Of a stretch of DNA of 64,000 bases, positions 13,539 to 25,929 are shown in pieces. The stretch is from NCBI RefSeq assembly GCF_009914755.1, contig NC_060931.1. One strand, given 5' to 3'. Under the pieces are notes generated by a model. The model had not been told where the DNA came from and ran no database searches. It saw only the letters and a list, made by a program, of their open reading frames with translations. Positions within the stretch are counted from its first letter, which is position 1. The number at the start of each line of letters is the position of its first letter. The translations under genes and the position numbers were made by a program. This DNA is from the human T2T-CHM13v2.0 reference genome, Homo sapiens.

Positions 13539-15130
13539 ATATTATTTTCTCTAAACTGCTATCATAGTTTTAAAAATGTGCATGTGTGATACACTTCAGC
13601 AATCTAAAGCAAACACATATCTAATTTTCTTGAATTAATGTATCTTCTATATATATGATAGGACTTAATTAGATAATTCACAATAATTTTTATAGATAAT
13701 TATTGTGGCGACATAAAATTTGGACATTTAAATTCACCTTAAGTAAACATATGAAAATTTGTATTCTTTTCAAAACATAATTTTAAAATTATTTTACCCA
13801 GATACAAATATTTTAAGAATTTGAGTCAATGTCATTGAATTTCAAATAATAGAAGAAATTCCTTAAAATGTAGGTTCAAGAGACCTTCTTTCTATGGTGA
13901 GAAATAATGAAATGGGAATATACTGAAATACTGAATGCTTATAGCAAACTTTGTACTGTGCAGGAAAGATATATTCTATAAGAAAGACATTTTATCTCTT
14001 TCAATAATGCTTCTCTTTTAAAATAGATTATTTCATTATTAGGATCAGAGAATGGAAAGAGACTCCAAAAATTTTATTTTAAAACATACTGTCTTTTTAC
14101 TGTGTATTTATTGAAGCTCTGCTGAGGGTCCATTTAAAATATGTGCTGGCTCTTGAAGAATCAAGTATCTCACTCTTGGAAAGTATGCTTGTACTTTTGT
14201 AATATGCTTGTAGTTTTGTATAAAATATGTAATTGATGATCTATATACAAACGTGTTTTGTTACCAAAAGAGGTTATATGACATAGTGTACCTCCTTCAA
14301 CACAGAAATATTTATAGATAAATATGGAGATAATGTCTTTTTTATTACATAGAGTATTTCTGAAGATTACACAGCAAACAAAAATAAAATGTAATATATA
14401 CATGTGTAAGACAAATATTAAGTTGTATTAACATAAAGGATTGTGTAGTTTATTATTATGAGTAATGATTTAATCAAGTTTCTAATTAACATCTTTCATT
14501 TGTTAATTGCCTTTCCAGGGAAGAAATCCTACTTAAATTCTAACCAAACAATTGGTGGTTTTAGTATTATTTTCTCTTGCTTCTTTCTCTATGAAAAGTA
14601 ATAAAAATTTGTAAGTACAATTCTAATCACTCTTTAAATATTTGTGGAAACTCATTAAGTTCCTTTTCTGTCTGTTTATTTCAAAGCTTACCAGCTCTAA
14701 ATCTTTTCAATTTTTCTCATTTGCAATAGTTTTCTTCCTGAAATGATTCCTTTAAGATTTTTATAAATCCCTTCAATTATAAGGTATGATTCAAAATGAG
14801 AAAGTGCACACACTTATAGTGTTGTAAAAGGCAAAAAGCTGTAGACATATTCTAGTGCCAATCTTTGGGGGCAAACTTTTTTTCTTTCAAAGGAGCTACT
14901 TAATTCAGCTTTTGAACAAATAGGAGTCCTGGACATGTTGTCGATAATACTTTCCTTATATTTTGATTTTCGTAGGCTAATATTTGTTGTGAGATGTAAC
15001 TTTTTAATGCATGTCCCTTTCTTTTTATATATTTTGAAAAATTCTAACATAATATCCACTTACTTTTTAGCAGGTGAAACAATAAAACAGCATATATGGT
15101 TTCCTCTAAGGTCCAATCTTACTGCTGGAC

Positions 15131-15244
15131 TTAATGTCAATGGCATATTGAGTATTAATCTTTAATTTTCTGCATATATGTAACTAATGTTAATGTCAAT
15201 GTCCTGTTGAGGATTGATCTTTAACTTTCTCCACATATTTAACT
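15131..15244. repeat. Two-copy 59-bp-period tandem duplication
   Basis: Units start at 15131 and 15190 and are identical at 46 of 55 positions. Confidence 0.9.
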
Positions 15245-16329
15245 TTCTTCACATAAATAAACATGAATAAAATCAATTATTCTTATAAAATAAAAGCTGA
15301 CACATATAGCAGACATTCCATTTTAATTTTCAACTTGAGGTTCTCTCAAAAAATTACTAAAATGCAGATGTGATTCACTTTATAGTTGTATGAAATTTTA
15401 TGGTATGATATATTGATATTTAGTCAAATGTATTTCTCTTATAGATATGCAATTTGGTAGTTTTTATTCTTTTTCATGCCTTTTGAATTTAGAAGTATGT
15501 TTTAAATAAACATCCTTGAATTTATCTTTAAATACTGATGCTTTTATACTTGGGAGATACATTCTCTAAATGATGTTATTATATCAATGTTAAGTATATA
15601 TCTCATTGTCTTATAATAACCATTTTGAATGAGTCTGTAGCCAAATAAAGCTGTAAATATCTTTTTAAATATGTCTTTTCCTAGTCATGACTTCCCCATT
15701 TTATACATATTGTTGGGTTTGAAATCAAAATGTGGAACTATGCAACTATATATTTTAAATTTAATTGAATATTTAATTATTCTAAAATGCTCAGACACTT
15801 GGACATTCTTTTAACATTAAACAAATCTGTTGTTTCTCTATGTGTCTTTCATATTGTTTCTACAGTCACATATTTTTAAAAAAAGTAATAAAGACTTCCG
15901 GCGTAGCTGAGATATTAGTTCCACACAAAACAGAATGTCGCAAAACATCCTCCAACCCTCCAAAACTATAGCGAATAGGAAGCATTAACAAATCCATATA
16001 AATCTAATGCATTCAGCGTAACTAAAAGAGAACTCTACAAATTTCAAATTATCAGCAGTACACAAAAATAAACAGCATTTAAAGCCAAAATATTTTTCCT
16101 TCTCACTTCAAAACCTTGTGAAGCGCAAGGTAGAGTCTGAAGTAAAATGAAAACCATAGAGAAGAGAAAAGAAGGGAAAAAAGGCTCAAGTTTGAAGTAA
16201 AATAACCCGAAAAAGACAAAGCTCACATTTAGTGCAAAAATATGAAAAGCACTCCTTGGAAATAAAAATTAAAAAATAACTATAGGTAAGTTACTGAAAG
16301 GTGAATGAGGAGTTTATTTCTTATATCAG

Positions 16330-19300
16330 TTTATCCTGAAAGTGAAACAACTACAAATATGTCAAATGGTTTTCAGACTTTGGATATCGAGCAGTGCAGA
16401 AAAGTGATCTCTGAGAGAAGGGAAACAAATAAAATGAATCCTAAAATTACCACAGTTTACTGACGAGAGAGTTTTCAGGTGGTAGCAGAGGGAATATTGG
16501 GGATGGAGACAGCTGTCCTCAATTGAGGAAACAGTTAAAAGACATAGATGACCAAAGCACTAGAGTTGACATGGCAGGGTATTGAAAAGGAAAGAGCTCG
16601 AGAGAGAGTGCTCCAAAGTTGGTATCTGACAAAGACCACTCTTGAGTTTTCAACTAAGTACTCTCAGTGTACATATGTAAGAAATGTATACAAGGCAAGG
16701 AAAAATTACTCAAAAGGAGCAGGAGGAAAAATAAATAGTGCTTACAATCACACAGGGCCAGGGCCAGGCTTCTAACCAACAGATCAACATTATAATTTAT
16801 GGGACATTGGGTAACATTCATAGAAGTTTTTTTTTTTATTTTACTTTTTTATTTTTTGCATCAATATTGTGGCAAAATTAGTCCTGAAGGTCTCTTTGCT
16901 CCTGTTGAACAAAATATAAATTCAAATTGCTTCCCGGTAACTAAACTTTATTCTAAAAAACAAAAAAAAAGCATGAGACTATTTACAGCAAAAATATCCT
17001 ACACACAATGTGGTGAAATTTACAATTTCTGCTCTCCAAAAAAAAAAGGTTTAGCATTAAAAAGTTGGAACACATATTATGAGGAGAAAATGCATTCAAT
17101 GAAAACAAACACATAAATGACACAGATGATTACTTCTGTCTTACATATGTTCAAGAGTATAGATAGAAAAGATTGAGCATGTTAAACAGAGATACGTAAA
17201 ATATCACCATAACCCAAAGTCTGTGAGATAAAAAGTACAATATGTTAAAAGAAAAATATAATGGATGAGAAAAATGTCATATTAGACCCTGCAGAAGAAA
17301 AGATATGTGAACTTGAAGACAGTAAGAGAAACTATCAACTGTCAAACTCATGAAGAAAACAGACTGAAAAAATGAACAGCATCAGTAAACTGTTGGACAA
17401 CTGTAGCCAGATATACATGTAATTTAAGACCGCAAAGGAGAGGAGAAAAAGGTAGAAAAAAAATATTTAAAGAAACAGTGGCTGAAATTGTCCAAATTGA
17501 ATAAACACCATAAACTTACAGATCCAAACAACTAAATAAACCCTAGGAGAAGGAAGAAGAGGAGGAGGAGGAGGGGGGGAGGAGGAAGAAGAGCAGGAGG
17601 AGATCAAAGGCATATCATAATCAAATTGCTTAAAACCAGCCACAAAAAATAAACTTAAAATTACCAATAAAAAATAAAAACTGAGAAACAAAAGAAAGAC
17701 AGCTAATTTCTCATTATAAAGGATACAGCTAGAAAACACTGAAAAATTTTCTTCAAAGTATTGAAAGAAAAAATAATCAACTCAGCAAAAGTATATGTCA
17801 AAAATGAAGGTGAAATGAAGACCATTCTGCATATATAAAAGCTGACAAATTTCATCACTAGCAGATTTGTACTATAAGAAATGTTATAGTACAAATAACT
17901 TAGAAACTTCCTTTAGAAAAAGGAAAATGTCAGATAGAACTCTGGATTTAAATGAAGGAGTGAAGAGAACCAGAAACAATAAATATGTGAGTAAAAACAA
18001 GGTATACCTTTACTTACTATTAAACAAATCTTTGTAAGCTATATGTATGTTTAAAGCAAAGACAGTACACTATATTTGACAACTTACAAGCCAAGATAAA
18101 ATGTACGACAGCAATTATGCAAAAGCTGAAAGAGAAAAAATTGAAAGTGTACTATAGCAAGATTATCATACAATATATGCATAGGCATAGTATTGCTTGA
18201 TGGTAGATTTTAATAAATTAAACATATACTTCATAAGCCCTAAGTTAAGCACTAAAATAGAAAAATGGGAGGAGCTTATAACTAATAAGTCAATAATAGA
18301 GTTAAAATGATATCATAAAATTAATTCAAAAGTGTGAGAAAAAAGGATAAAAAACAAAAGAAATATATAGAAAAAATATCAACAAGATTTTAACACAATA
18401 TAATCATATTAAATAGAAATCTAAAATCACAATTAAAAGACATTTTCAATATAGTTTAAAAAATAAGGTCTAAATACATGAGGCTTATAAGAAACTAATT
18501 TAAAAATTAATAACAAATATGTTGAAAATCAAAGTATTGAAAAGATATACCATGTTAAAATAAAAAAAAGAAAGATGGAATGGCTATACTCATGTTATAC
18601 AAAGCATTTTAGACTACAAATTATTACAAGGGATAGAGAACATAACTATGATATACATTTACAAACCATCTAATAGAGCTCCAATATACGCAAAGCAAAA
18701 CCTCACAGACAAAGGGAATTAGACAAATCCCCAACAATAGTTGGAAATTTTACCACCTTTCTCTTCATTATTGATAGAACAAGTAGACACAAAGTTAATA
18801 TTTGTAAGAGACCTGAACAACATTGCCAATTATAATTTCTAGAATATTCTACCCAATTTAAGCAGAATATATATCATTTAAATGTGCATATAAAATATTT
18901 AAAGATAGCTAAGATTCTGGGCCATAAAATTTGCAATACATTTTAAGGGATTTATTTTATGCAGAGCATATTCTGTCACTACAATACAATTAAACAAAAA
19001 ATTAGTAAGAAAAATATACTCAAAATATTCTGTTCTTTCTGTTTACTTGTTCTTTGAATCAGAGAATTTAAAACTAAATAAGATACTACTTTTTTTTTTT
19101 CTTTTTTGAGACAGAATTTTGCTCTGTCACCCAAGCTGGAGTACAGTGGTGTGATCTCAGCTCACTGCAACCTCTGCCTCCTGGGTTCAAGTGATTCTCC
19201 TGCCTCAGCCTCCTGAGTAGCTGGGATTACAGGCGTCTGCCACCATGCCCGATTAATTTTTGTATTTTTAGTAGAGACAGGGGTTTCACTATGTTGGCCA

Positions 19301-20420
19301 GGCTGGTCTTGAACTCCTGAACTCAAATGATTCGCCCACCTCAGCTCCCAAAGTGCTGGGATTACAGGCGCAAGCCACCGCGCCCAGCCAAATACTAAGT
19401 AAGATACTTCTAAATAACCCCAAAGTTAAAGAATTTAGAGAGGAAGAAGAAATAATTTTTAAATAAGCAAATAAAAAATACAATATGTTATAATATGTGA
19501 GATACATCAAAAGCAGTACTTAGAGGGAAATTTGTCACACTAAATACTTCAACTACTCTATTGTGGAAATAGAAAGTGAAGAGCAAATAAAATTCAAAAG
19601 AAGAGAAAGAATAAAATAATAAAGATAACAGGAAAAACCAATAACATAGGAAAGAAAAATATCAGTAGAGAAATTCAATAAAGACAAATTCTGGTTCTTT
19701 AAAAATATAAACAAAAGCCCTCAATATTGAAAGGAAAAAAGTAAAATTCTTACTACTTGCAGATGGCATATTTATCTATGCAGGCAAGTTCACGTACTCT
19801 ACTAGAAATCTTGTAGCAAGTTTATCAAGTTTGTATAGCACAGGATAATTAAACAAAAGTATTGTGTGTAAACAATAAAAATTAGATATTGAACTTAAAT
19901 TTAAAAAAATTCACAATAGCATAAAATATTCAATACTTTGTGGTATATGTTATACATGATGTACAACACCTACATGGTAAAACTTATTAAGTATTGCTGA
20001 GAATGGATTAAAGAATATCTAAATAAAGAGACACACTATATTCATTCATTGGAAGATTTAATACTAAGATGTTAATTTTCTCCAAATTGGTCTACAGATT
20101 TAAATTAATTCCAATAAAAATTTTATTTTTAGTAGAAATTGGCAAGCTGATTCTTACTCATATGGAAATGTAAATGTTCTGGAATAGCTAATACAACTTT
20201 TAAAAAGAGCAAAGTTGTAAGATCTGAAATCAATTATCACTAAAAGCTGCAGTAATCAAAGTGTGGTTCCCAACAAGATGGAAATATTGACAAATGAAAC
20301 AATAGAGGGTCTGGAAATAGATCCACCTATAGGAAGACCCAAACTTATATGATAACTGAGTTTTGGTAAAGACGCAAAGACAATTTAGTGGAGAAACGGT
20401 AATTTTTAAACTGTTTGGGA
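16330..20420 (+). mobile_element. Ancient L1M (L1MC/MD-type): 5' UTR, degenerate ORF1 and ORF2 remnants, interrupted by an Alu; a further L1M/HAL1-like 5' remnant may extend to about 15893
   Basis: 5' UTR motif GTGATCTCTGAGAGAAGGGAAACAAAT. ORF1-like CAGAAGAAAAGATATGTGAACTTGAAGAC. ORF2-like TGATAGAACAAGTAGACA and GGAAGATTTAATACTAAGATG. Many stops and indels. Confidence 0.8.
19090..19389 (-). mobile_element. AluS (Sx/Sz-like) inserted into L1M
   Basis: Full dimer with T-tail. Degenerate TSD ACTAAATAAGATACT / ACTAAGTAAGATACT. Confidence 0.95.
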
Positions 20421-20428
20421 ATAGTCAG

Positions 20429-20797
20429 TGATACGATTCAGCTGTGTCCCCACCTAACTCTCATCTTGAATTATAGCGCTCATAGTTCCCACCTGTTGTG
20501 GGAGGGGCCTGGTGGGAGATAATTGAATCATGGGGGCAGTTTCCCTCATTCTGTTCTCCTGGTAGTGAATAACTCTCATGAGATCTGACGGTACTATAAT
20601 GGATTTCCCTTTTCTCTTGGCTTTTATTCTCTCTCGCCTGCTGCCATGTAAGATGTGCTTTTTGCCTTCCACCATGATCGTGAGGCCTCCCCAGCCGCAT
20701 GGAACTGTGAGTCCGTTAAACCTTTTTTTTTTTTTTTAATATAAATAACCCACTCTCTGGAATATCTTTATCAGCAACATGAAAACGGATTAATACA
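20429..20797 (+). mobile_element. THE1 (THE1B/C-like) MaLR solo LTR, complete
   Basis: TGATA...TAATACA ends with a perfect 5-bp TSD GTCAG (20424-20428 and 20798-20802). Confidence 0.95.
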
Positions 20798-20849
20798 GTC
20801 AGCCTTAAATGTCTCTGGCTATGCTTTTCCAGTCACTTTACTAGTTTTG

Positions 20850-21263
20850 CCATACCTCCCTGATTTCTTATCATGGAGTGCCATGGAGCATGATCCTCAG
20901 ACCATAGTTTCTATTTACACTCATTCCCTTATTTCATCCAATCTCATGACTTAAAATTTTATTCATCCACCAGAGTGACTCTCAGATGTATACTTCTTGC
21001 GTTGCCTGAAACTTGGTCTCCAGACACAAATATTTATTAAACAACTCCAGTTTGATGACTGATAGGTTTTATCAATGTAACAAATCTCAAACCAAATGCC
21101 TGCTTATGCTCCTAAAACTGTATTCTCTACAGTTTTTTACAACCCTAATTAATACTGTATTCCAAATGTATCTCTACTAGAATATACCATCCATGAGGGC
21201 ACATGTTATTGATATATCTCAGCATCTAAAAAAAGTATGGCAACAATATTTGTTGAATGAATA
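20850..21263 (+). mobile_element. L2 fragment with 3' end
   Basis: CATCCAATCTCATGACTT, CCATGAGGGCA and terminal AATATTTGTTGAATGAAT. Confidence 0.7.
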
Positions 21264-23149
21264 ATTTGGCTCAACAGAATATTTTTTCAGTCTTTATCCT
21301 ATTCTCACTAATTCTCTCATGGGATTCAGAAATATAAGCATAGGGAAGCTCTGATTTGTCTCTGCATTTAATTTGTATTGTAAAATACTTATTACATATA
21401 TTAGTACAGGGTTGTTTTGTATAATAAATGTATTCTTAATATCAGTTAATGGTTTAATGATTACTGGAGGTGTAATACAATTAAGGTTGGTTGCATTAAA
21501 GCTCTCACATTATTTATTGCTATTTACCTGTGCATTAAAAATTTAATAAAATGCCATTTCTAACATTAAAGAAATAATTGTTCACATGGAACATAAATAC
21601 TATTATTCTAAATAAGAACTTAAAAACGGATGCTCATTCATCTGGTAAAAACTTTTTTGTTTTTTTTTGGTAAAAAGTGATGCTTTTTTGTTAACATTTA
21701 CTTTTTTATTCATATAAATGTAAGGGGTGCAAGTGACATCCGCTTTTTAATGATAAAATGTCATCTTGAATACTTCAAATCCCTTTTCTCAGGAATTTGA
21801 AAATTACATTTCAAATGTAATGTAAGCATCTAAGACTGCAGTGTAATGTAGGCATGCAGACTGTGTCAAGCTATTTTGAAAAGAAAAATTCTATTTTAAT
21901 GTTTTTTAAGATATACTATTTTTTGCAGGTTTAGCCGCAACCTAAATAAGCCTGGGTTTATCTGACTTAGTGAATCACGGATAGCAAAGACAAATAAATC
22001 TTCTATATGTGAAAATTTTTATGAAAATTGCCTTCACTACATTAGAATTTGACTTGTATGGAATACAAAGAAATATTTAATTAACTATAGACAAGATAAA
22101 AAAACAGAACATACAAATTTTAGTCTTGTCACTTTTACTTCACAATCTTAGGATATTACATCTGCCAAAATGTTAAAATTAGATCTCTGGTGATTTAGAT
22201 AACAATAACTTCTATCTAGCTGAGGGACAAATGCCCTGAGAAGTTGTCTGAACAATTTCTTAAGTAGAAAGTACAATTATTTTGAGAGTTTGAAACAGTA
22301 AAGATGTTCTATTCCAAATTTAACAAATTAACAAAGCACCCGTCAGAAGAGAATAGTTTTTATTCTCAAAGTTAGCTATAGAAATAAACTTACCAAAGAG
22401 ACTAAATTCAGAGTTTATATTATTTGAAGATTTTCAGGAGAGAAAAAATAAAGAATAACGTTATTTATATTTTCAACCTCATTTCATGAGTAGAATGAGA
22501 AACTTTCTGAGATGCTTTTAAAGTAGTTATCAAAAAATCTAAATATTTGCTGTTATAAGCTGTAGAAAATTTCTTAAGATAGGTGTCCAATTTTTGTACT
22601 GTGTAGGGGTTTTCCTTTGTTTTTATATTATTTTGTTAATGCCATTTTTATGAGGGTGTAGAGAGAAGAGTTGGCTGGTTAAAAGTTTAGTGATAAATTG
22701 TCTACATTTTACTCACTTTCTTATAAGGTTATAATTGACACAAATTGTATTGGCTCTATTTTCTTGATGCAAATTATATAACATCTTCCACCAAAACTTC
22801 TTTATATTTCTAGATACTCTCCTGTAGAATATCTACTAGGGAGGAACGTTTGCGTATAATTGACATGAGTTTAGCATGATCATACTTTTCAGAGATTTTC
22901 TAACTTATACTTCTTTCTATGATGATATTATCAAGGACACTCTCATGCACCAAATGAATCTTTCACACATTTATTGCTTCCAGTAGCTTGTTTTCTCCAA
23001 ATTCTGTTTTTCCCATTAAATATAATTAAATAAAATTGATTAAGAGAATTTACATGAACAATCTCAGATGTCAGGTATTAGACACAATAACTAACATCAA
23101 ATGATTACTTCTATTACAGTTCAAGATAATAAAAGAGTTATTTAAACAC

Positions 23150-24640
23150 CCCATCTATTTATATTTTTCTACAAAATTAGTCCCTACAAAGTGGCATTTT
23201 TACAATTAGGTAAGTTTGACATATATATGCAACCAAGAAACCACTGCGGTAATCAGGAGAATGAACCTATCCATATCCCCACAAGTCTCTTAAGCCCCTT
23301 CTTGAGCATAGTTTTTATGTATTTGGTATTAATATCTCTTCTTTGGTAAAGTATCATTTCAAAATTTGTATCCATTAAAAAATCAATTTTTTTGTCTTTC
23401 TAAAAATTATTATGGGGCACATGTGATGTCCCAACACAGTTCATACGATGTGCAAACATCAAACCAGGGCACCCAGGGTACCCATTACTCCAAACATTCA
23501 TCACTTCCCTATGTTAAAGAGATCTTTGACTGCAAGTTCTTTATCAAATACATGATTTCCAAATGTTTTCTCTCAGTCTTTAGCTTGTCCATTTGATTTT
23601 TTATGATGCCTTTTAAAGAGTAGACGTTTTAAATTTTGATAAAGTTCATTTAATCCATATTGTCTTTGATGAATTATATTTTATATACAAGAAATCTTTG
23701 CCTAACTCTAAGTCATAAATATTTTATTCTATGTTTTCTTTCAGATATTTTATAGATTTTACATTTGACCCTAGGATCCATTTTCATTTCATTTTTGCAT
23801 AAACAAGAAATACACATTGATAATTTCTTTTCCAGGGAAGGTATAATATGGATGCACGATTGTTCCAACACCGTTTGTCGAAAATATTATTCATGGTCCC
23901 AGCATAGTGGCTTATGTTTGTAATCTCAGCGCTTTGGCAAGTTGAGGTGGGAGGATCACTTGAGGACAGGAGTTCCAGATCAGCCTGGGCAACACAATGA
24001 GACCCTGTCTCTATAGAAATAAAACCTTAGCCCAGCATGGTGGCATGTGCCTGTAGTCCTATCTACTCAGGAGGCTGATGGGAGAATCACTTGAGCCCTG
24101 GAGTTAGAGGTTACAATGAGCTAGGATCACACTAATGCACTCTAGCCTGGGTGACAGGAGTGAGACCCTGTCTCTAATACAATAAAATATTTGTTATGCA
24201 CTAAATCTTACTCAAATTTGTATGTATCGCTATTTTCTTCAATTAATCCGTCTTTATATCAACACGACATTGTGCTGATTACTGTAGCTTCTTAGTACAT
24301 ATCGAAATCAGTGCTTTACAATAATGTTCTCTTTCACAGTCATTTTGCCAACTCTAGGTCCTTTGCATCTCATAAAAAATTTAGAATCAATTTCTACAAA
24401 AAGTGTCTATTAGGATTTATACTAGGATAACATTCAACCTATAAAGCAAATTGGAGGTGAATTTAAATTTACATATTATTGAGTTTTCTGACTTATAGGC
24501 ATAGTATGTATCTTCATTTATTTAGTCTTCCATTTCTCTCTGTAATAATGTAGTTTACAACGTATGGATCTTGCTCATTTCCAATTACTTGAATTACTTG
24601 TTTATGGTTTTATGTTCAATACAAACTATTTTGAAAATGC
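23150..24640 (-). mobile_element. Ancient L1M fragments, containing an L1MA-type 3' stub (about 23400-23520) and an Alu
   Basis: Reverse-strand L1 motifs (TTTTAAATTTTGATAAAGT; GATTACTGTAGCTT; CTAGGTCCTTTGCAT). Confidence 0.7.
23895..24187 (+). mobile_element. AluJ
   Basis: Dimer with J diagnostics (GGAGGATCACTTGAG, GGCAACA...GAGACCCTGTCTC). Confidence 0.93.
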
Positions 24641-24769
24641 AGATTAGAATATTTGCATGTTGTTTTTTCTCTGCATTTTTTTTTACCTTCAAGATCATCT
24701 GTTTTGTCTGTTCATACAACTGCATTGCTATCTTTTTTTAATTGATTTTATCTGATATGGAATCACTGA

Positions 24770-25267
24770 TGTTGAAGCAGCTAAGAATATCCTTCACATA
24801 TGTCCCAAATACCCCCAAATATGTAACTCTGGCATGTTGACTATTTTGAGTTAAAGGCAATTGAAAAATAACAGGTATAAGATCACTTTGACCTTCTTAC
24901 TATTTCTTTAAAGCATGAGTTATAAGTTCCGTATGAGAGTTGTTCTCCCTATACTAGAATGAAAATAACAATGGAAGTTTAGCCCAGAAGAATTTTGTAC
25001 GTAACCTATTAAAATAACTTATCTTCTAGCCGCTCCACTTAAACTAGTTATTTTTTCACAACTTACTACTCTTTGTCCAATACAATATATAAGCATTAAA
25101 CTCTATCTTTGAGTCTGCATTTTCTTATGCATACTTTCATGTCACATAAAACTAATATTCAATAAATGTGTATGTTTTTCTTTTGTTTATGTGTTTCCTG
25201 TCAATTTAATTGTGAGGCCTAGTTAAAAACACCCAGAAGGTAGAGGTAAAATTTTGCCTCTTCTACA
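24770..25267 (+). mobile_element. ERV1 solo LTR, MER34-family-like
   Basis: TG...CA ends, CCCCAAATATG...TATTTTGAGTTAAAGGCAATT, AATAAA signal, and GGTAGAGGTAAAATTTTGCCTCTTCTACA end. Confidence 0.7.
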
Positions 25268-25519
25268 ATATTTATAGAGTATCCATGGCAAGAATCACAT
25301 GAAGAGATTTCTAGAATGGTACAAAGATAATCAGACGGTATATTTAGACAGACAGGCTTCCCTTCTTAATATGTGCAAAGCATTTAGACAAGTTGGTTTC
25401 TTTCCTAACTGAGGTAAAGACAGCTTTCTGATACAAAATACTGCTCTTTAAAACGCTTTACTCATCTGTGTTTATAAAGATGTAACACTAATCTCATTAA
25501 GAATCTCCACCTGTCAGCC

Positions 25520-25637
25520 TCATGGTTCTCAAAATTGGCTTATATTGATAACACCTGGAAAGCTTAAAAATTACTGATGCCTGTGTCTCACCCCCAGTGT
25601 TTCTTACTCATTTGCAACTTTGGCTGAGAAGCATTGA
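25520..25637 (+). mobile_element. MER5-family MITE, internally deleted
   Basis: GGTTCTCAAAATTGGCT...CACCTGGAAAGCTT...GCTGAGAAGCATTG. Confidence 0.6.
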
Positions 25638-25929
25638 TCCAGGGAAATATCCTGGGTTTTCCTCACTTGTCAATTCAGCCTGCAATTTCTACCCTAAACA
25701 AATGCCTTGACTCTTCATTATTTGAGATTAATGAAACAGCCCAGCTGCTCCAGAATTTTTAATTAATCCTCACAATCATCTTGTGGCTCACCAATAACTC
25801 CCACCACCTCTTGATGTAGAGCCAAGTGCAGGAATTTTAAAATCTGAATGTGCATTGAATTGACCTGGGGAAATTTTAAGTACCACTGTGAAGAAATGAT
25901 CTGGAAATTTATTTTGAAGTTTTCAAACT

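Noticed and set aside
14510-14850. Possible minus-strand L3/CR1 remnant
   Set aside because: Similarity is too faint to support by eye.
19090-24187. Inverted Alu pair as a dsRNA/editing substrate
   Set aside because: The copies are about 4.5 kb apart, from divergent subfamilies (S versus J), and no transcript is evident.
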